NCBI GenBank assembly: GCA_964447805.1
Contig: CAYUTQ010000003.1
Coordinates: forward strand, 2,402 to 66,401
Reading direction: 5' to 3'
DNA from: an uncultured Clostridia bacterium
GTDB lineage: Bacteria; Bacillota; Clostridia; Tissierellales; DATGTQ01
DNA: 64,000 nucleotides
Part shown: positions 53,892 through 64,000 of the stretch, piece by piece
Position numbering within the stretch: position 1 is the first letter of the stretch
Layout of the letters: every line of letters starts with the position of its first letter
Notes under the pieces: model-generated
Seen by the model: the letters and a program-made list of their open reading frames with translations, nothing else
Told to the model about the DNA's origin: nothing
Database searches by the model: none
Position numbers and translations under genes: made by a program

Positions 53892-54335
53892 ATGCTAATG
53901 CCTAAAAGAGTTAAATATCGTAGAGTTCATAGAGGTAGAATGAAAGGTAAGGCAAATCGTGGTAATACATTAACTTATGGAGAGTATGGATTACAAGCTT
54001 TAGAACCAGTATGGATAACATCCAATCAAATAGAAGCAGCAAGAAGAGCTATGACTAGATATGTTAAAAGAGGCGGGAATGTATGGATTAAGGTATTCCC
54101 CGACAAACCTGTAACTGAAAAGCCTGCAGAAACTCGTATGGGTTCAGGTAAAGGTGCTCCAGAATACTGGGTAGCAGTAGTTAAACCAGGTAGAATATTG
54201 TTTGAAATGGGTGGAGTATCAGAAGAAATAGCTAGAGAAGCTATGAGACTAGCAGCACATAAATTACCAATAAAATGTAAATTTGTTATCCGTGATGATA
54301 TGCAGGAAAAGGGTGGTGAAGGAAATGAAAGCTAA
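53892..54335 (+). CDS. rplP: 50S ribosomal protein L16
   Basis: [20 protein letters not shown]-terminus. Confidence 0.97.
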   Translation: MLMPKRVKYRRVHRGRMKGKANRGNTLTYGEYGLQALEPVWITSNQIEAARRAMTRYVKRGGNVWIKVFPDKPVTEKPAETRMGSGKGAPEYWVAVVKPGRILFEMGGVSEEIAREAMRLAAHKLPIKCKFVIRDDMQEKGGEGNES

Positions 54336-54531
54336 TGAAATTCGCCAGATGACTGATCAAGAATTAGATAGTAAAATGTTAGAATTAAAAAATGAGTTAT
54401 TTAATTTGAGATTTCAAATGGCAACAGGTCAGTTGGATAACCCAAAGAGAATAAAATTAGTTAGAAAAGATATAGCCCGTATAAAGACTATTATAAGAGA
54501 ACGTGAACTTGGGATAGGAAAGGAGGTTTAG
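54325..54531 (+). CDS. rpmC: 50S ribosomal protein L29
   Basis: [34 protein letters not shown] 54325 overlaps the rplP 3' end by 11 nt. The track start at 54283 is internal to rplP. Confidence 0.95.
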   Translation: MKANEIRQMTDQELDSKMLELKNELFNLRFQMATGQLDNPKRIKLVRKDIARIKTIIRERELGIGKEV

Positions 54532-54537
54532 CCTCAT

Positions 54538-54792
54538 ATGGAAAGAGGAAATAGAAAAACAAGAGTAGGACGTGTAGTAAGCGATAAAATGGATAAGACA
54601 GTAGTTGTGGCCGTAGAAACTTTTGTAACTCACCCTTTATATAAGAAGCAAATAAAGAAGACTACAAAATTTAAGGTACATGATGAAAATAACGAATGTA
54701 AAATTGGTGATGTAGTTAAAATAATGGAAACTAGACCAATAAGTAAAGATAAAAGATGGAGAATTGTTAAAGTATTAGAAAAAGCAAAATAA
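54538..54792 (+). CDS. rpsQ: 30S ribosomal protein S17
   Basis: [19 protein letters not shown] motif. Confidence 0.96.
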   Translation: MERGNRKTRVGRVVSDKMDKTVVVAVETFVTHPLYKKQIKKTTKFKVHDENNECKIGDVVKIMETRPISKDKRWRIVKVLEKAK

Positions 54793-54820
54793 TCCTTATA
54801 TCTGGAAAGGAGGTAATCTC

Positions 54821-55189
54821 ATGATCCAAACAGAAAGCCGTCTAAAAGTTGCTGATAACTCAGGTGCAAGAGAATTGCTAGTGATAAAAGTATTGGGCGG
54901 ATCGAACAAGAGATATGCGAATATTGGAGATACTGTAGTTTGTTCTGTAAAAAGTGCAACACCAGGAGGTGTTGTGAAAAAAGGTGAGATAGTAAAAGCT
55001 GTGATAGTGCGTACAAAAAGTGGAGTTAGAAGAAATGATGGTAGTTATATAAAATTTGATGAAAATGCAGCTGTTATTATAAAGGAAGATAAACAACCAG
55101 TTGGAACTCGTATATTTGGACCTGTTACTAGAGAACTAAGAAGAGGAAATTTTATGAGAATTATATCTTTGGCACCAGAGGTGCTTTAG
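54821..55189 (+). CDS. rplN: 50S ribosomal protein L14
   Basis: [17 protein letters not shown]-terminus. Confidence 0.98.
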   Translation: MIQTESRLKVADNSGARELLVIKVLGGSNKRYANIGDTVVCSVKSATPGGVVKKGEIVKAVIVRTKSGVRRNDGSYIKFDENAAVIIKEDKQPVGTRIFGPVTRELRRGNFMRIISLAPEVL

Positions 55190-55203
55190 AGGAGGTGTAG
55201 AAT

Positions 55204-55518
55204 ATGCATGTTAAAAGTGGAGATACAGTAGTAGTTATTTCAGGAAAAGACAAAGGAAAACAAGGCAAAGTTTTAAGAGTGTTTCCTAAAGAAAATAAAG
55301 TTATTGTTGAAGGAATTAATATGATCTCTAAACACCAAAAATCAACTGGTCCAATGCAGGAAGGCGGAATAATTGAAAAAGAAAGTCCATTACATGTTTC
55401 TAAGGTAATGGTATATTGTAATAATGATAAACAAGGTGTTAGAGTTGGATATAAAATATTAGAAGATGGACGAAAAGTAAGAGTTTGTAAAAAATGTGGA
55501 GAGATTCTAGATAAATAA
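55204..55518 (+). CDS. rplX: 50S ribosomal protein L24
   Basis: [26 protein letters not shown] motif. Confidence 0.96.
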   Translation: MHVKSGDTVVVISGKDKGKQGKVLRVFPKENKVIVEGINMISKHQKSTGPMQEGGIIEKESPLHVSKVMVYCNNDKQGVRVGYKILEDGRKVRVCKKCGEILDK

Positions 55519-55544
55519 TCTACTATTGAAAGGAGGTAGCAAAT

Positions 55545-56087
55545 ATGGCTTCCAGATTAAAAGAAAAATATCAAAATGAAGTTGTGCCTGCTCTAATGGA
55601 AAAGTTCCAATATGATAGTGTGATGGAGGTTCCAAAAGTAGAAAAAGTTGTGATAAATATGGGGATTGGAGAGGCAAAAGATAATCCAAAAGTATTAGAA
55701 AGTGCAGTTAAAGAATTGAGTTTGATATCTGGACAAAAACCAGTTGTTGTAAAAGCAAAGAAATCAATTGCAAACTTTAAAGTTCGTAAGGGAATGAATG
55801 TAGGAGCAAAGGTTACATTAAGAGGAAATAGGATGTATGATTTTTTAGATAAATTGATGAATGTTGCTTTACCAAGAGTTAGAGACTTTAGAGGAGTAAG
55901 CCCCACATCTTTTGATGGGAGAGGGAATTATGCATTAGGTATTAAGGAGCAATTAATTTTCCCTGAAATTGAATATGATATGGTGGATTTTATTAGAGGT
56001 TTAGATATAGTGATAGTAACTAGTGCAAGTAATGATGAAGAAGCGAAGACATTTTTAGAATTTATGGGAATGCCTTTTAAAAACTAG
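55545..56087 (+). CDS. rplE: 50S ribosomal protein L5
   Basis: [19 protein letters not shown]-terminus. spc-operon order. Confidence 0.97.
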   Translation: MASRLKEKYQNEVVPALMEKFQYDSVMEVPKVEKVVINMGIGEAKDNPKVLESAVKELSLISGQKPVVVKAKKSIANFKVRKGMNVGAKVTLRGNRMYDFLDKLMNVALPRVRDFRGVSPTSFDGRGNYALGIKEQLIFPEIEYDMVDFIRGLDIVIVTSASNDEEAKTFLEFMGMPFKN

Positions 56088-56105
56088 ATAAGGAGGGAGA
56101 ATAGG

Positions 56106-56291
56106 TTGGCTAAGAAATCAAAGAGAGTAGCTCAACAGAGGAAACAAAAATTTAGTACGAGAGAATATAGCAGATGTAAAATTTGTGGAAGGCCTCATGG
56201 TTATTTAAGAAAATATGGTATTTGTCGTATATGTTTTAGGGAGTTAGCTTATAAAGGTCAAATCCCTGGTGTTAGAAAAGCTAGCTGGTAA
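56106..56291 (+). CDS. rpsN: 30S ribosomal protein S14 type Z (zinc-binding)
   Basis: 61 aa with CKICGRPHG...CRICFRE. TTG start follows AAGGAGGG. Confidence 0.95.
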   Translation: MAKKSKRVAQQRKQKFSTREYSRCKICGRPHGYLRKYGICRICFRELAYKGQIPGVRKASW

Positions 56292-56322
56292 TTAGTAAGG
56301 GAATGAAAGGAGGTAGCTAGAT

Positions 56323-56718
56323 ATGATGACTGACCCAATTGCAGATATGTTAACTAGAATAAGAAATGGAAATAATGCAAAACACGAAACAGTAGATATT
56401 CCTGCTTCAAATATGAAAAAACAAATAGCTCAAATACTTTTAGATGAGGGATATATTAAAAATTATGAAGTTATAGATGATGGAAAACAAGGGATTATAA
56501 GAATACAATTTAAATATGGAGCAAACAATCAAAAAACAATCAGTGGTATTAAGAAAATTTCAAAGCCTGGTTTGAAAGTTTACGTAAAAAGTGATGAAAT
56601 ACCAAGAGTTTTAGGAGGATTAGGTATAGCTATTCTTTCTACATCAAAGGGAATAATGACTGATAAAGAAGCAAGAAAAGAAAAAACAGGTGGAGAAGTA
56701 ATTTGCTACGTATGGTAA
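56323..56718 (+). CDS. rpsH: 30S ribosomal protein S8
   Basis: [18 protein letters not shown]-terminus. Confidence 0.97.
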   Translation: MMTDPIADMLTRIRNGNNAKHETVDIPASNMKKQIAQILLDEGYIKNYEVIDDGKQGIIRIQFKYGANNQKTISGIKKISKPGLKVYVKSDEIPRVLGGLGIAILSTSKGIMTDKEARKEKTGGEVICYVW

Positions 56719-56754
56719 AAGTTATTTTATATTAAGGAAACAGGAGGTGCACTC

Positions 56755-57294
56755 ATGTCAAGAATAGGATTTAAACCAATAAATATTCCTAGTGGAGTAG
56801 AAGTAAAACTAGATGATAATAATTTTATGAAAGTAAAAGGACCAAAAGGAAATGTTGAAAAACAATTAAGTCCAGAAATGGACATTATTATAGAAGACAA
56901 CGTCATAACAGTAAAACGTCCTTCAGAAATAAAGAGACATAAATCATTACATGGTTTAACTAGGACTTTAATAGAAAATATGATTGAAGGAGTTGTAAAA
57001 GGATATTCAAAATCTTTATTTATTGAAGGAACAGGTTATAGAGCACAAAAACAAGGGAAAAAACTTGTGCTTAACTTAGGTTATTCTCATCCAATAGAGA
57101 TGGAAGATCCAAAAGGGATTGAAGTAGAAGTTCCTAAAGCAAATCAAATAATAGTTAAAGGTGCAGATAAACAACAGGTAGGTAGTTATGCAGCGGTTAT
57201 TAGAGATTTGAGAAAACCAGAGCCTTATAAAGGTAAGGGTATTAAATATGAAGGCGAGATTATAAGGCGTAAAGTTGGTAAAACTGGTAAGTAG
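56755..57294 (+). CDS. rplF: 50S ribosomal protein L6
   Basis: [18 protein letters not shown]-terminus. Confidence 0.97.
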   Translation: MSRIGFKPINIPSGVEVKLDDNNFMKVKGPKGNVEKQLSPEMDIIIEDNVITVKRPSEIKRHKSLHGLTRTLIENMIEGVVKGYSKSLFIEGTGYRAQKQGKKLVLNLGYSHPIEMEDPKGIEVEVPKANQIIVKGADKQQVGSYAAVIRDLRKPEPYKGKGIKYEGEIIRRKVGKTGK

Positions 57295-57310
57295 AAAGGA
57301 GTGAATGACG

Positions 57311-57679
57311 TTGTTTAAAAAGGTTGATAAAAATAGAAATAGACAAAAAAGGCATGAAAGAGTTAGACGAAAAGTTTATGGAACTGCTGATAAACCAAGA
57401 CTTAATGTATATAGAAGTTTAAATCATATATATGCTCAATTAATAGATGACAATAATGGTAATACTTTAGTTGCAGCATCAAGTTTAGATAAAGAAATAA
57501 GTGAAAAAGTTGAAAGTACAAGTAATAAAGAAACAGCTAAACTTGTTGGAGAATTAGTTGGCAAAAGAGCCTTAGAAAAAGGAATTGAAGAAGTAATCTT
57601 CGATAGAGGCGGATATATATATCATGGAAGAGTTAAAGAATTAGCGGATGGAGCTAGAGAAGCTGGATTGAAATTTTAA
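57311..57679 (+). CDS. rplR: 50S ribosomal protein L18
   Basis: [26 protein letters not shown] motif. TTG 57311 lies 7 nt after AAGGAGTG, whereas the track ATG 57305 lies only 1 nt after the SD. Confidence 0.94.
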   Translation: MFKKVDKNRNRQKRHERVRRKVYGTADKPRLNVYRSLNHIYAQLIDDNNGNTLVAASSLDKEISEKVESTSNKETAKLVGELVGKRALEKGIEEVIFDRGGYIYHGRVKELADGAREAGLKF

Positions 57680-57697
57680 AGAAAAGGAGGGGAATTA

Positions 57698-58204
57698 ATG
57701 GAACGTTCTTTTATAGATCCAAAAGAATTAGATTTAAAAGAAAGAGTTGTTAGTATAAATCGTGTTGCTAAGGTAGTTAAGGGTGGTAGAAATTTTAGAT
57801 TTAGTGCTCTTGTAGTAGTTGGAGATGAGAATTGCCATGTAGGAGTGGGTATGGCTAAAGCATTAGAAATACCTGAAGCTATAAGAAAGGCTATACAAGA
57901 TGCAGAAAAACATTTAATAAAAGTACCTTTAGTAGGAACAACAATTCCACATGAGATAATTGGTGAATATGGTGCTGGTAGAGTATTATTGATACCTTCA
58001 AAAGAAGGTACTGGAGTAATAGCTGGAGGGCCAGTTCGTGCCGTATGTGAATTGGCAGGTATAAAAGATATTAGAACAAAATGTTTAGGTTCAAATAATC
58101 CAAGGAATGTAGTTAATGCAACTATGGATGCATTAATTAATTTGAAAAAAGCAGAAGAAGTAGCAAAATTGAGAGGGAAAACTGTAGACGAAATACTAGG
58201 ATAG
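57698..58204 (+). CDS. rpsE: 30S ribosomal protein S5
   Basis: [27 protein letters not shown] motif. Confidence 0.97.
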   Translation: MERSFIDPKELDLKERVVSINRVAKVVKGGRNFRFSALVVVGDENCHVGVGMAKALEIPEAIRKAIQDAEKHLIKVPLVGTTIPHEIIGEYGAGRVLLIPSKEGTGVIAGGPVRAVCELAGIKDIRTKCLGSNNPRNVVNATMDALINLKKAEEVAKLRGKTVDEILG

Positions 58205-58216
58205 GAGGAAAAACAT

Positions 58217-58393
58217 ATGGCTAAAATAAGAATAAAACTAACAAAAAGTATAATAGGGAAACCTGAGGATCAAAAAAAGATTATTCAAGCTCTTGGATTA
58301 AAAAGACCTAGTCAAATAATTGAGAAAGAAGATACCCCTCAACTTAGAGGTATGATAGAAAAAGTAAATCACATGGTTGAAATAGTAGAATAA
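58217..58393 (+). CDS. rpmD: 50S ribosomal protein L30
   Basis: Not in the ORF track (58 aa). Translation is MAKIRIKLTKSIIGKPEDQKKIIQALGLKRPSQIIEKEDTPQLRGMIEKVNHMVEIVE. TAGGAGG RBS. Lies between rpsE and rplO. Confidence 0.94.
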   Translation: MAKIRIKLTKSIIGKPEDQKKIIQALGLKRPSQIIEKEDTPQLRGMIEKVNHMVEIVE

Positions 58394-58408
58394 AGAGGAG
58401 GTGTACCT

Positions 58409-58849
58409 ATGAAACTACATGAGTTAGGTTCCAGCCAAGCTAAAAGAAGGAAAAGAGTAGGTAGAGGCATGAGTTCAGGCTATGGTAAAACATCAGGGAA
58501 AGGTCATAAAGGTCAGAAAGCTCGTGCTGGAAAAGGAGTAAGACCTGGATTTGAAGGTGGACAAATGCCTTTATATAGAAGAATGCCAAAGCGAGGCTTT
58601 ACTAATATATTTGCAAAAGAATATGCTACAATTAATGTAGAAGATTTAAATAGATTTGAAAATGATACAGAAGTAACACCTGAATTATTAATAAATGAGG
58701 GAATAATAAAAAAAGGTAAAATAAAAAGTGGTATAAAGGTATTGGGAAATGGAGAGTTAAATAAAAAACTTATAGTAAAGGCCCATAAATTTAGTGGAAC
58801 TGCCACTAAAAAAATAGAGGCTGCAGGGGGAAAGGTTGAGGTGATTTAG
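58409..58849 (+). CDS. rplO: 50S ribosomal protein L15
   Basis: [40 protein letters not shown]-terminus. Confidence 0.97.
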   Translation: MKLHELGSSQAKRRKRVGRGMSSGYGKTSGKGHKGQKARAGKGVRPGFEGGQMPLYRRMPKRGFTNIFAKEYATINVEDLNRFENDTEVTPELLINEGIIKKGKIKSGIKVLGNGELNKKLIVKAHKFSGTATKKIEAAGGKVEVI

Positions 58850-60124
58850 GTGCTCAAAACCTTAAGGAATGCATGGAGGATTCCAGACATTAGAAAGAAG
58901 ATGATTTTTACTTTACTAATGTTACTGGTATTTAGATTAGGTTCAAGTATACCAGTGCCTGGAATGGATAAGCAAGAAATAGCAAAAATGTTTGAAGTGT
59001 CCTCTGGTGGTATATTAGAGTTTCTTGATTTGATTTCTGGAGGTACTTTTAGTAATTTTAGTATATTTGCTTTAAACATATATCCTTATGTGACAGCATC
59101 GATTATTATTCAGTTATTAACAATAGCTATACCTCGTTTAGAAGAATTAGCAAAAGAAGGAGAAGAAGGTAGGAAAAAAATATCGCAAATAACTCGTTAT
59201 ACAACTATTGGATTAGCATTAATACAAGCAATAGGTATAACAGTAGGATTTTTTAATCATGCTTTGATTGATAGAAGTTTTTGGTCAGTGACAATAGTAG
59301 TTATAACTCTTACAGCAGGTACATCTTTTTTAATGTGGTTAGGTGAGCAAATTACCGAAAAAGGAATAGGAAATGGAATATCTCTTATAATATTTGTTGG
59401 TATAATCTCAAGAGTACCTGGTGAGATAGCTAAAACAATAGCATTGTTTAGAGTAGGAGAGATAAAACTAATAGGGTTAATACTATTTATAATATTTGCT
59501 ATTGTTATAATAGCTGTAGTAATTGCATTACAAGAAGGAGAAAGAAAAATACCAGTTCAATATGCAAAAAGAGTAGTTGGAAGAAAGATGTATGGAGGAC
59601 AAAGTACACATATTCCTATTAAAGTGTCAATGGCAGGGGTTATTCCAGTAATTTTTGCATCATCTTTGTTAGCATTTCCACAGACGATAGCATTGTTTTT
59701 TAAAGGTGAACCATCTGCTTGGATAACTAAATATTTGACGCCACAAGGGAATGTAGGAGTATGGGTATATACTATATTAAATATTCTTTTAATAATATTC
59801 TTTACTTACTTCTATACAGCAGTACAGTTTAATACAGTTGAATATGCGAAAAACTTACAACAATATGGTGGCTTTATTCCAGGCATTAGACCAGGTAAGC
59901 CTACATCTGAATATTTAAGTAAGGTAATATCAAGGTTAACATTTGTAGGAGCTATATCATTAGCAGCAATAGCATCATTGCCAATTATATTATCGAAAAT
60001 ATTTAAGCTAAACGTTAATTTTGGAGGAACTGCTATAATAATTGTTGTTGGAGTAGCATTAGAAACTGTTAAACAGTTAGAAGCTCAAATGATGATGAGA
60101 CATTATAAAGGTTTCTTAAATTAA
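58850..60124 (+). CDS. secY: Preprotein translocase subunit SecY
   Basis: 424 aa with 10 TM segments. GTG start lies immediately after the rplO stop. GAGGTG RBS. Confidence 0.96.
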   Translation: MLKTLRNAWRIPDIRKKMIFTLLMLLVFRLGSSIPVPGMDKQEIAKMFEVSSGGILEFLDLISGGTFSNFSIFALNIYPYVTASIIIQLLTIAIPRLEELAKEGEEGRKKISQITRYTTIGLALIQAIGITVGFFNHALIDRSFWSVTIVVITLTAGTSFLMWLGEQITEKGIGNGISLIIFVGIISRVPGEIAKTIALFRVGEIKLIGLILFIIFAIVIIAVVIALQEGERKIPVQYAKRVVGRKMYGGQSTHIPIKVSMAGVIPVIFASSLLAFPQTIALFFKGEPSAWITKYLTPQGNVGVWVYTILNILLIIFFTYFYTAVQFNTVEYAKNLQQYGGFIPGIRPGKPTSEYLSKVISRLTFVGAISLAAIASLPIILSKIFKLNVNFGGTAIIIVVGVALETVKQLEAQMMMRHYKGFLN

Positions 60125-60142
60125 AGTTAGGAGATGATTTTT

Positions 60143-60784
60143 GTGAGATTAGTACTATTAGGCCCTCCTGGTGCAGGAAAAGGCACACAAGCATCTGCAA
60201 TTATTGAAAAATATAGTATCCCTCATATTTCAACTGGAGATATATTAAGATCAAATATTAAAAAAGGCACAGAGCTTGGGAAAAAAGCAAAAGAATATAT
60301 GGACAAAGGGCTTTTAGTACCAGATGATTTAGTAGTTTCTTTGGTTAAGGATAGGTTATTGGAAGATGATTGTAAAAACGGATTTTTGCTAGATGGTTTT
60401 CCAAGAACAGTTAACCAAGCCGATGCATTAGATGAAGTGTTAACAAATATGAATATTAAATTAGACAAAGTGATTAATATAGATGTAGATAGAGATGAAT
60501 TGATAAATAGAGCTGTTGGAAGAAGAATATGTAAAAATTGTGGTGCAACTTATCATATAAAATTTAATCCTCCAAAGGAAGAAGATAAATGCGATGCTTG
60601 TGGTAATTGTCTTTTCCAAAGGGATGATGACAAGGAGGAAACAGTTGCAAAACGAATAGAAGTATATACAAAACAAACTAAACCTTTAATTGATTATTAT
60701 GAAAAAAAGAATATAATATTGAATGTAGATGGAAATAAGTCTATAGAGAAGGTTTTTGAAGAAATAGTGAAAAAATTAAATTAG
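60143..60784 (+). CDS. adk: Adenylate kinase (zinc lid type)
   Basis: (M)[16 protein letters not shown]-loop and a lid with CKNCG...CDACG. GTG 60143 is better spaced from TAGGAG than the track ATG 60134. Confidence 0.95.
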   Translation: MRLVLLGPPGAGKGTQASAIIEKYSIPHISTGDILRSNIKKGTELGKKAKEYMDKGLLVPDDLVVSLVKDRLLEDDCKNGFLLDGFPRTVNQADALDEVLTNMNIKLDKVINIDVDRDELINRAVGRRICKNCGATYHIKFNPPKEEDKCDACGNCLFQRDDDKEETVAKRIEVYTKQTKPLIDYYEKKNIILNVDGNKSIEKVFEEIVKKLN

Positions 60785-60833
60785 TATTCCCGGACAGCTC
60801 ATATTAAAAAACACCGATAAAGAGGTGAAATTA

Positions 60834-61118
60834 ATGGAATTTACAAATAACATATCCATTGGTCAAATAGTAAAGTCAAGAGCTGGTCGAGATAAAGGTA
60901 ATATATTTTTAGTTTTGGATATAATTGATGATAGATATGTATTAGTAGTTGATGGAGATTTAAGAAAATTAGATAAACCTAAGAAGAAGAAGGTTAAGCA
61001 TTTGATTGTTTATAATACGGTGTTAACAGAGTTAAAAGAGAAAGTTGACAACAATATAAAGATAAACAATGCATATATACGTAAATTGTTAGAACCTTTC
61101 AATAAAAATATTTTTTAA
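60834..61118 (+). CDS. Small KOW-domain RNA-binding protein (conserved hypothetical of the alpha-operon region)
   Basis: GQIVKSRAGRDKGNIFLVL is a KOW-like motif. ATG 60834 follows GAGGTG. It lies between adk and infA. Confidence 0.75.
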   Translation: MEFTNNISIGQIVKSRAGRDKGNIFLVLDIIDDRYVLVVDGDLRKLDKPKKKKVKHLIVYNTVLTELKEKVDNNIKINNAYIRKLLEPFNKNIF

Positions 61119-61139
61119 AATAGGAGGTTCGATAACTTA

Positions 61140-61358
61140 ATGTCTAAAAAAGATGTTATAGAGGTAGAAGGTGTAGTTGTAGAGGCTCTACCTAATGCCA
61201 TATTTAAGGTGGAATTGGAAAAAGGGCATGAGGTTCTTGCTCACATATCTGGTAAGTTAAGAATGAATTATATAAAAATACTTCCTGGAGATAAAGTAAT
61301 AGTAGAATTATCACCTTATGATTTGACTAGAGGTAGAATAACTTGGAGAAAAAAGTAG
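61140..61358 (+). CDS. infA: Translation initiation factor IF-1
   Basis: 72 aa. [41 protein letters not shown]. Confidence 0.98.
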   Translation: MSKKDVIEVEGVVVEALPNAIFKVELEKGHEVLAHISGKLRMNYIKILPGDKVIVELSPYDLTRGRITWRKK

Positions 61359-61373
61359 CATGGAGGGATTGTA

Positions 61374-61487
61374 ATGAAGGTGAGACCATCAGTAAAAAAG
61401 ATGTGCGAAAAATGTAAGATTATTAGAAGAAAAGGTAAAGTGATGGTAATTTGCGAAAATCCAAAACATAAACAAAGACAAGGATAG
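61374..61487 (+). CDS. rpmJ: 50S ribosomal protein L36 (zinc-binding form)
   Basis: Not in the ORF track (37 aa). Translation is [46 protein letters not shown]. Confidence 0.95.
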   Translation: MKVRPSVKKMCEKCKIIRRKGKVMVICENPKHKQRQG

Positions 61488-61556
61488 ATATGATTGAAAT
61501 ATATGCGGCTGCTTTGAATATAAAGATAAGTAAGATTTTAGGAGGTGTAAGATTTA

Positions 61557-61922
61557 ATGGCTAGAATTGCAGGTGTCGATTTGCCTAGAGATAAGAGGAT
61601 AGAAATTGGGTTAACCTATATATACGGTATAGGTAAATCAAGATCTAATGAAATATTGAAAAAAGCAGGAGTAGATCCTAATACTAGAGTTAAAGATTTA
61701 ACTGAGTCAGAAATATCAAATTTGAGAAGTGTTGTAGATGAATATCATGTAGAAGGGGATCTAAGAAGAGATGTATCTCTTAATATAAAAAGACTAAAAG
61801 AAATTAATTGTTATAGAGGAATTAGACATAAAAAGGGATTACCAGTAAGAGGACAAAGGACAAAAACTAATGCTAGAACTAGAAAAGGTCCTAAAAAGGT
61901 CACTGGGAAAAAGAATAAATAG
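61557..61922 (+). CDS. rpsM: 30S ribosomal protein S13
   Basis: [27 protein letters not shown]-terminus. Confidence 0.98.
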   Translation: MARIAGVDLPRDKRIEIGLTYIYGIGKSRSNEILKKAGVDPNTRVKDLTESEISNLRSVVDEYHVEGDLRRDVSLNIKRLKEINCYRGIRHKKGLPVRGQRTKTNARTRKGPKKVTGKKNK

Positions 61923-61943
61923 TAGAAAAGGAGGGATATGGTT

Positions 61944-62351
61944 ATGGCGAAAAAGGGTGCTAAAACTCGTAGAGGAACTCGTGTAAAAAGAAGAGAACGT
62001 AAAAATATAGAGAGAGGTCAAGCTTATATTCAATCTACTTTTAACAATACTATGGTTACTTTGACTGATATACAAGGAAATGTATTGTCTTGGGCAAGTG
62101 CTGGACAATTAGGATTTAGGGGTTCAAGAAAGTCCACTCCTTTTGCAGCACAACAAGCAGCGGAAGAAGCAGCAAAAAAAGCCATGGAACATGGGTTAAA
62201 AACTGTAGAAGTATATGTGAAGGGTCCTGGTGCTGGAAGGGAAGCAGCAATTAGATCTCTTCAAGCAACAGGATTAGAAGTTAGTTTAATTAAGGATGAA
62301 ACTCCAATACCACATAATGGTTGTAGACCACCAAAACGTAGAAGAGTTTAA
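61944..62351 (+). CDS. rpsK: 30S ribosomal protein S11
   Basis: [18 protein letters not shown] motif. ATG 61944 is better spaced from AAAGGAGGG than ATG 61938. Confidence 0.96.
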   Translation: MAKKGAKTRRGTRVKRRERKNIERGQAYIQSTFNNTMVTLTDIQGNVLSWASAGQLGFRGSRKSTPFAAQQAAEEAAKKAMEHGLKTVEVYVKGPGAGREAAIRSLQATGLEVSLIKDETPIPHNGCRPPKRRRV

Positions 62352-62372
62352 TATATAGGAGGTGTTTACTAG

Positions 62373-62996
62373 ATGGCAAGATATACAGGTCCTGTATGTA
62401 GATTATGTCGTAGAGAAGGACAAAAATTATATCTTAAAGGAGATAAATGTTATACAGATAAATGTCCTGTGACAAAAAGAAATTATGCTCCAGGACAACA
62501 TGGAAATTCAAGAAAAAAACTTACAGAATATGGATTACAGTTAAGAGAAAAACAAAAAGTTCGTAGAGTTTATGGGATACAAGAAAATCAAATGATGAAA
62601 TATTTTATAATGGCAGATAGGATGAAAGGAATTACAGGTGAAAATTTATTAAAATTACTAGAACTTAGATTAGATAATGTTGTATATAGAATGGGTTTTG
62701 CAACATCAAGAGCAGAAGCAAGATTGCTTGTTACTCATGGACATTTTAAAGTGAATGGAAGGAAAGTTGATATTCCATCATATATAACAAAAGCAGGAGA
62801 TATTATAGAAGTAAAAGAAAAGAGTAAAAACAGTCCTAAAATTAAAGAAATAGCTGAAAATCATGTAGGAACTACTGTAGCATGGTTGGAAGTAAATCCT
62901 GATGAATTAAAGGGTAAAATTGTAACAGAACCAACTAGAGAAGATATTGACATTCCAATAGAAGAACACTTAATCGTTGAGTTATATTCTAAGTAG
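62373..62996 (+). CDS. rpsD: 30S ribosomal protein S4
   Basis: [27 protein letters not shown]-terminus and an S4 RNA-binding domain. Confidence 0.97.
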   Translation: MARYTGPVCRLCRREGQKLYLKGDKCYTDKCPVTKRNYAPGQHGNSRKKLTEYGLQLREKQKVRRVYGIQENQMMKYFIMADRMKGITGENLLKLLELRLDNVVYRMGFATSRAEARLLVTHGHFKVNGRKVDIPSYITKAGDIIEVKEKSKNSPKIKEIAENHVGTTVAWLEVNPDELKGKIVTEPTREDIDIPIEEHLIVELYSK

Positions 62997-63075
62997 ATTA
63001 TATATTACTGTTAATGTAGAATCAGTTGCCCTCATCGATAGAGAATATATTAGTTATAAGGAGGGTTATTGTTAA

Positions 63076-64000
63076 ATGATAGAAATTGAAAAGCCGGAAA
63101 TTGAAGTTTTGGAATTAAGTGATGATAACACTTATGGTAAATTTGTAGTGGAACCTCTAGAAAGAGGTTATGGAACAACACTAGGTAATTGTTTAAGGAG
63201 AGTCTTACTTTCCTCTTTACCTGGTGCAGCAGTATCCTCTATAAAAATTCAAGGGGTGTTACATGAGTTTTCTACAGTTCCAGGCGTATTAGAAGATGTA
63301 CCAGAGATTATATTAAATATAAAAGAACTTTCTGCTAAACTTTATTCAGAAGAACCAGTAATGTTGAAAATAGAAGCAGAAGGTCCAAAAGAAGTAAAAG
63401 CTAGTGATATTATAACTGGACCAGATGTAGAGATACTCAATAAAGATCTTCATATAGCAACTATAAATGAAGAAGGCCACTTATATATGGAAATGGAAAT
63501 GAATAAAGGAAGAGGTTATTTAGTTGCAGAAAGAAATAAAAAAGAGGATCAACCGATTGGAGTTATTCCAATAGATTCTATATTTACCCCTGTTGAAAAA
63601 GTTAATTTTACTGTAGACAATACAAGAGTTGGTCAAATAACAGATTTTGACAGACTTACTTTGGAAGTATGGACAAATGGTACTATGAAACCTGATGAGG
63701 CTACTTCTTTGGGAGCTAAAATTCTTACAGAACATTTAAATTTATTTATTGGATTAACAGATCATGTTGATGATGTAGAAATAATGGTAGAAAAAGAAGA
63801 AGACAAAAAAGAAAAGGTTTTAGAAATGGTTGTAGAAGAGTTGGATTTATCAGTTAGAAGTTATAATTGTCTTAAAAGAGCAGGTATAGATACAGTAGAG
63901 GGATTAACACAGAGAACACCAGAGGATTTAATGAAAGTTAGAAACTTAGGTAAAAAATCTCTTGAAGAAATACAAGGTAAATTAGCTGAATTAGGATTAA
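63076..64000 (+). CDS. rpoA: DNA-directed RNA polymerase subunit alpha (3' end cut by window edge)
   Basis: Not in the ORF track because there is no stop codon inside the window. ATG 63076 follows AAGGAGGG. Translation begins [52 protein letters not shown]. The C-terminal-domain HhH region ([14 protein letters not shown]) is visible near the end. Confidence 0.95.
   Translation, partial: MIEIEKPEIEVLELSDDNTYGKFVVEPLERGYGTTLGNCLRRVLLSSLPGAAVSSIKIQGVLHEFSTVPGVLEDVPEIILNIKELSAKLYSEEPVMLKIEAEGPKEVKASDIITGPDVEILNKDLHIATINEEGHLYMEMEMNKGRGYLVAERNKKEDQPIGVIPIDSIFTPVEKVNFTVDNTRVGQITDFDRLTLEVWTNGTMKPDEATSLGAKILTEHLNLFIGLTDHVDDVEIMVEKEEDKKEKVLEMVVEELDLSVRSYNCLKRAGIDTVEGLTQRTPEDLMKVRNLGKKSLEEIQGKLAELGL

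Overview
This is a visibly AT-rich Firmicutes (Clostridia/Tissierellia-like) chromosomal segment. It is almost entirely plus-strand core housekeeping DNA. Gene order follows the classical Bacillus-type block.

Content, 5' to 3':
- A 5'-truncated glycyl radical enzyme and its activase.
- The FMN-riboswitch-controlled ribD-ribE-ribBA-ribH operon.
- A stand-alone EF-G paralogue.
- ctsR-mcsA-mcsB-clpC, then radA-disA.
- One divergently transcribed orphan gene, the only convincing minus-strand CDS.
- A carD-like gene, yacL, and ispD-ispF.
- A NatAB-like ABC transporter.
- T-box(Pro)-proS, a DUF1002-like secreted protein, and gltX.
- T-box(Cys)-cysE-cysS, then mrnC, thyX, rlmB, yacP and sigH.
- tRNA-Thr(GGU) followed by the first tuf copy.
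- rpmG-secE-nusG-rplK-rplA, then L10 leader-rplJ-rplL, then rpoB-rpoC.
- An L7Ae-like gene followed by rpsL-rpsG-fusA and the second tuf copy.
- The complete S10-spc-alpha ribosomal protein clusters through secY, adk, infA, rpmJ, rpsM, rpsK and rpsD.
- A 3'-truncated rpoA.

Four real genes are absent from the ORF track and were read directly from the sequence: rpmG, rpmD and rpmJ (all under 60 aa) and rpoA (open at the window end). Several track ORF starts were moved downstream on RBS, promoter or terminator evidence.

I found no CRISPR array, transposase, integrase, phage, toxin or defence-island-like content. I cannot support a claim of a novel multi-gene system; this looks like an ordinary core region.

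The items worth a second look are modest:
- An EF-G paralogue lacking the catalytic switch-II His and the domain-IV tip His residues.
- A direct-repeat-flanked long hairpin element downstream of ribH.
- Structured, uncharacterised-looking leaders upstream of the L7Ae/str operon and the S10 operon.
- A strongly promoted Cys-rich orphan gene next to disA.
- Two near-identical tuf copies whose identity extends into the flanks.
- A glycyl radical enzyme of unassignable substrate.
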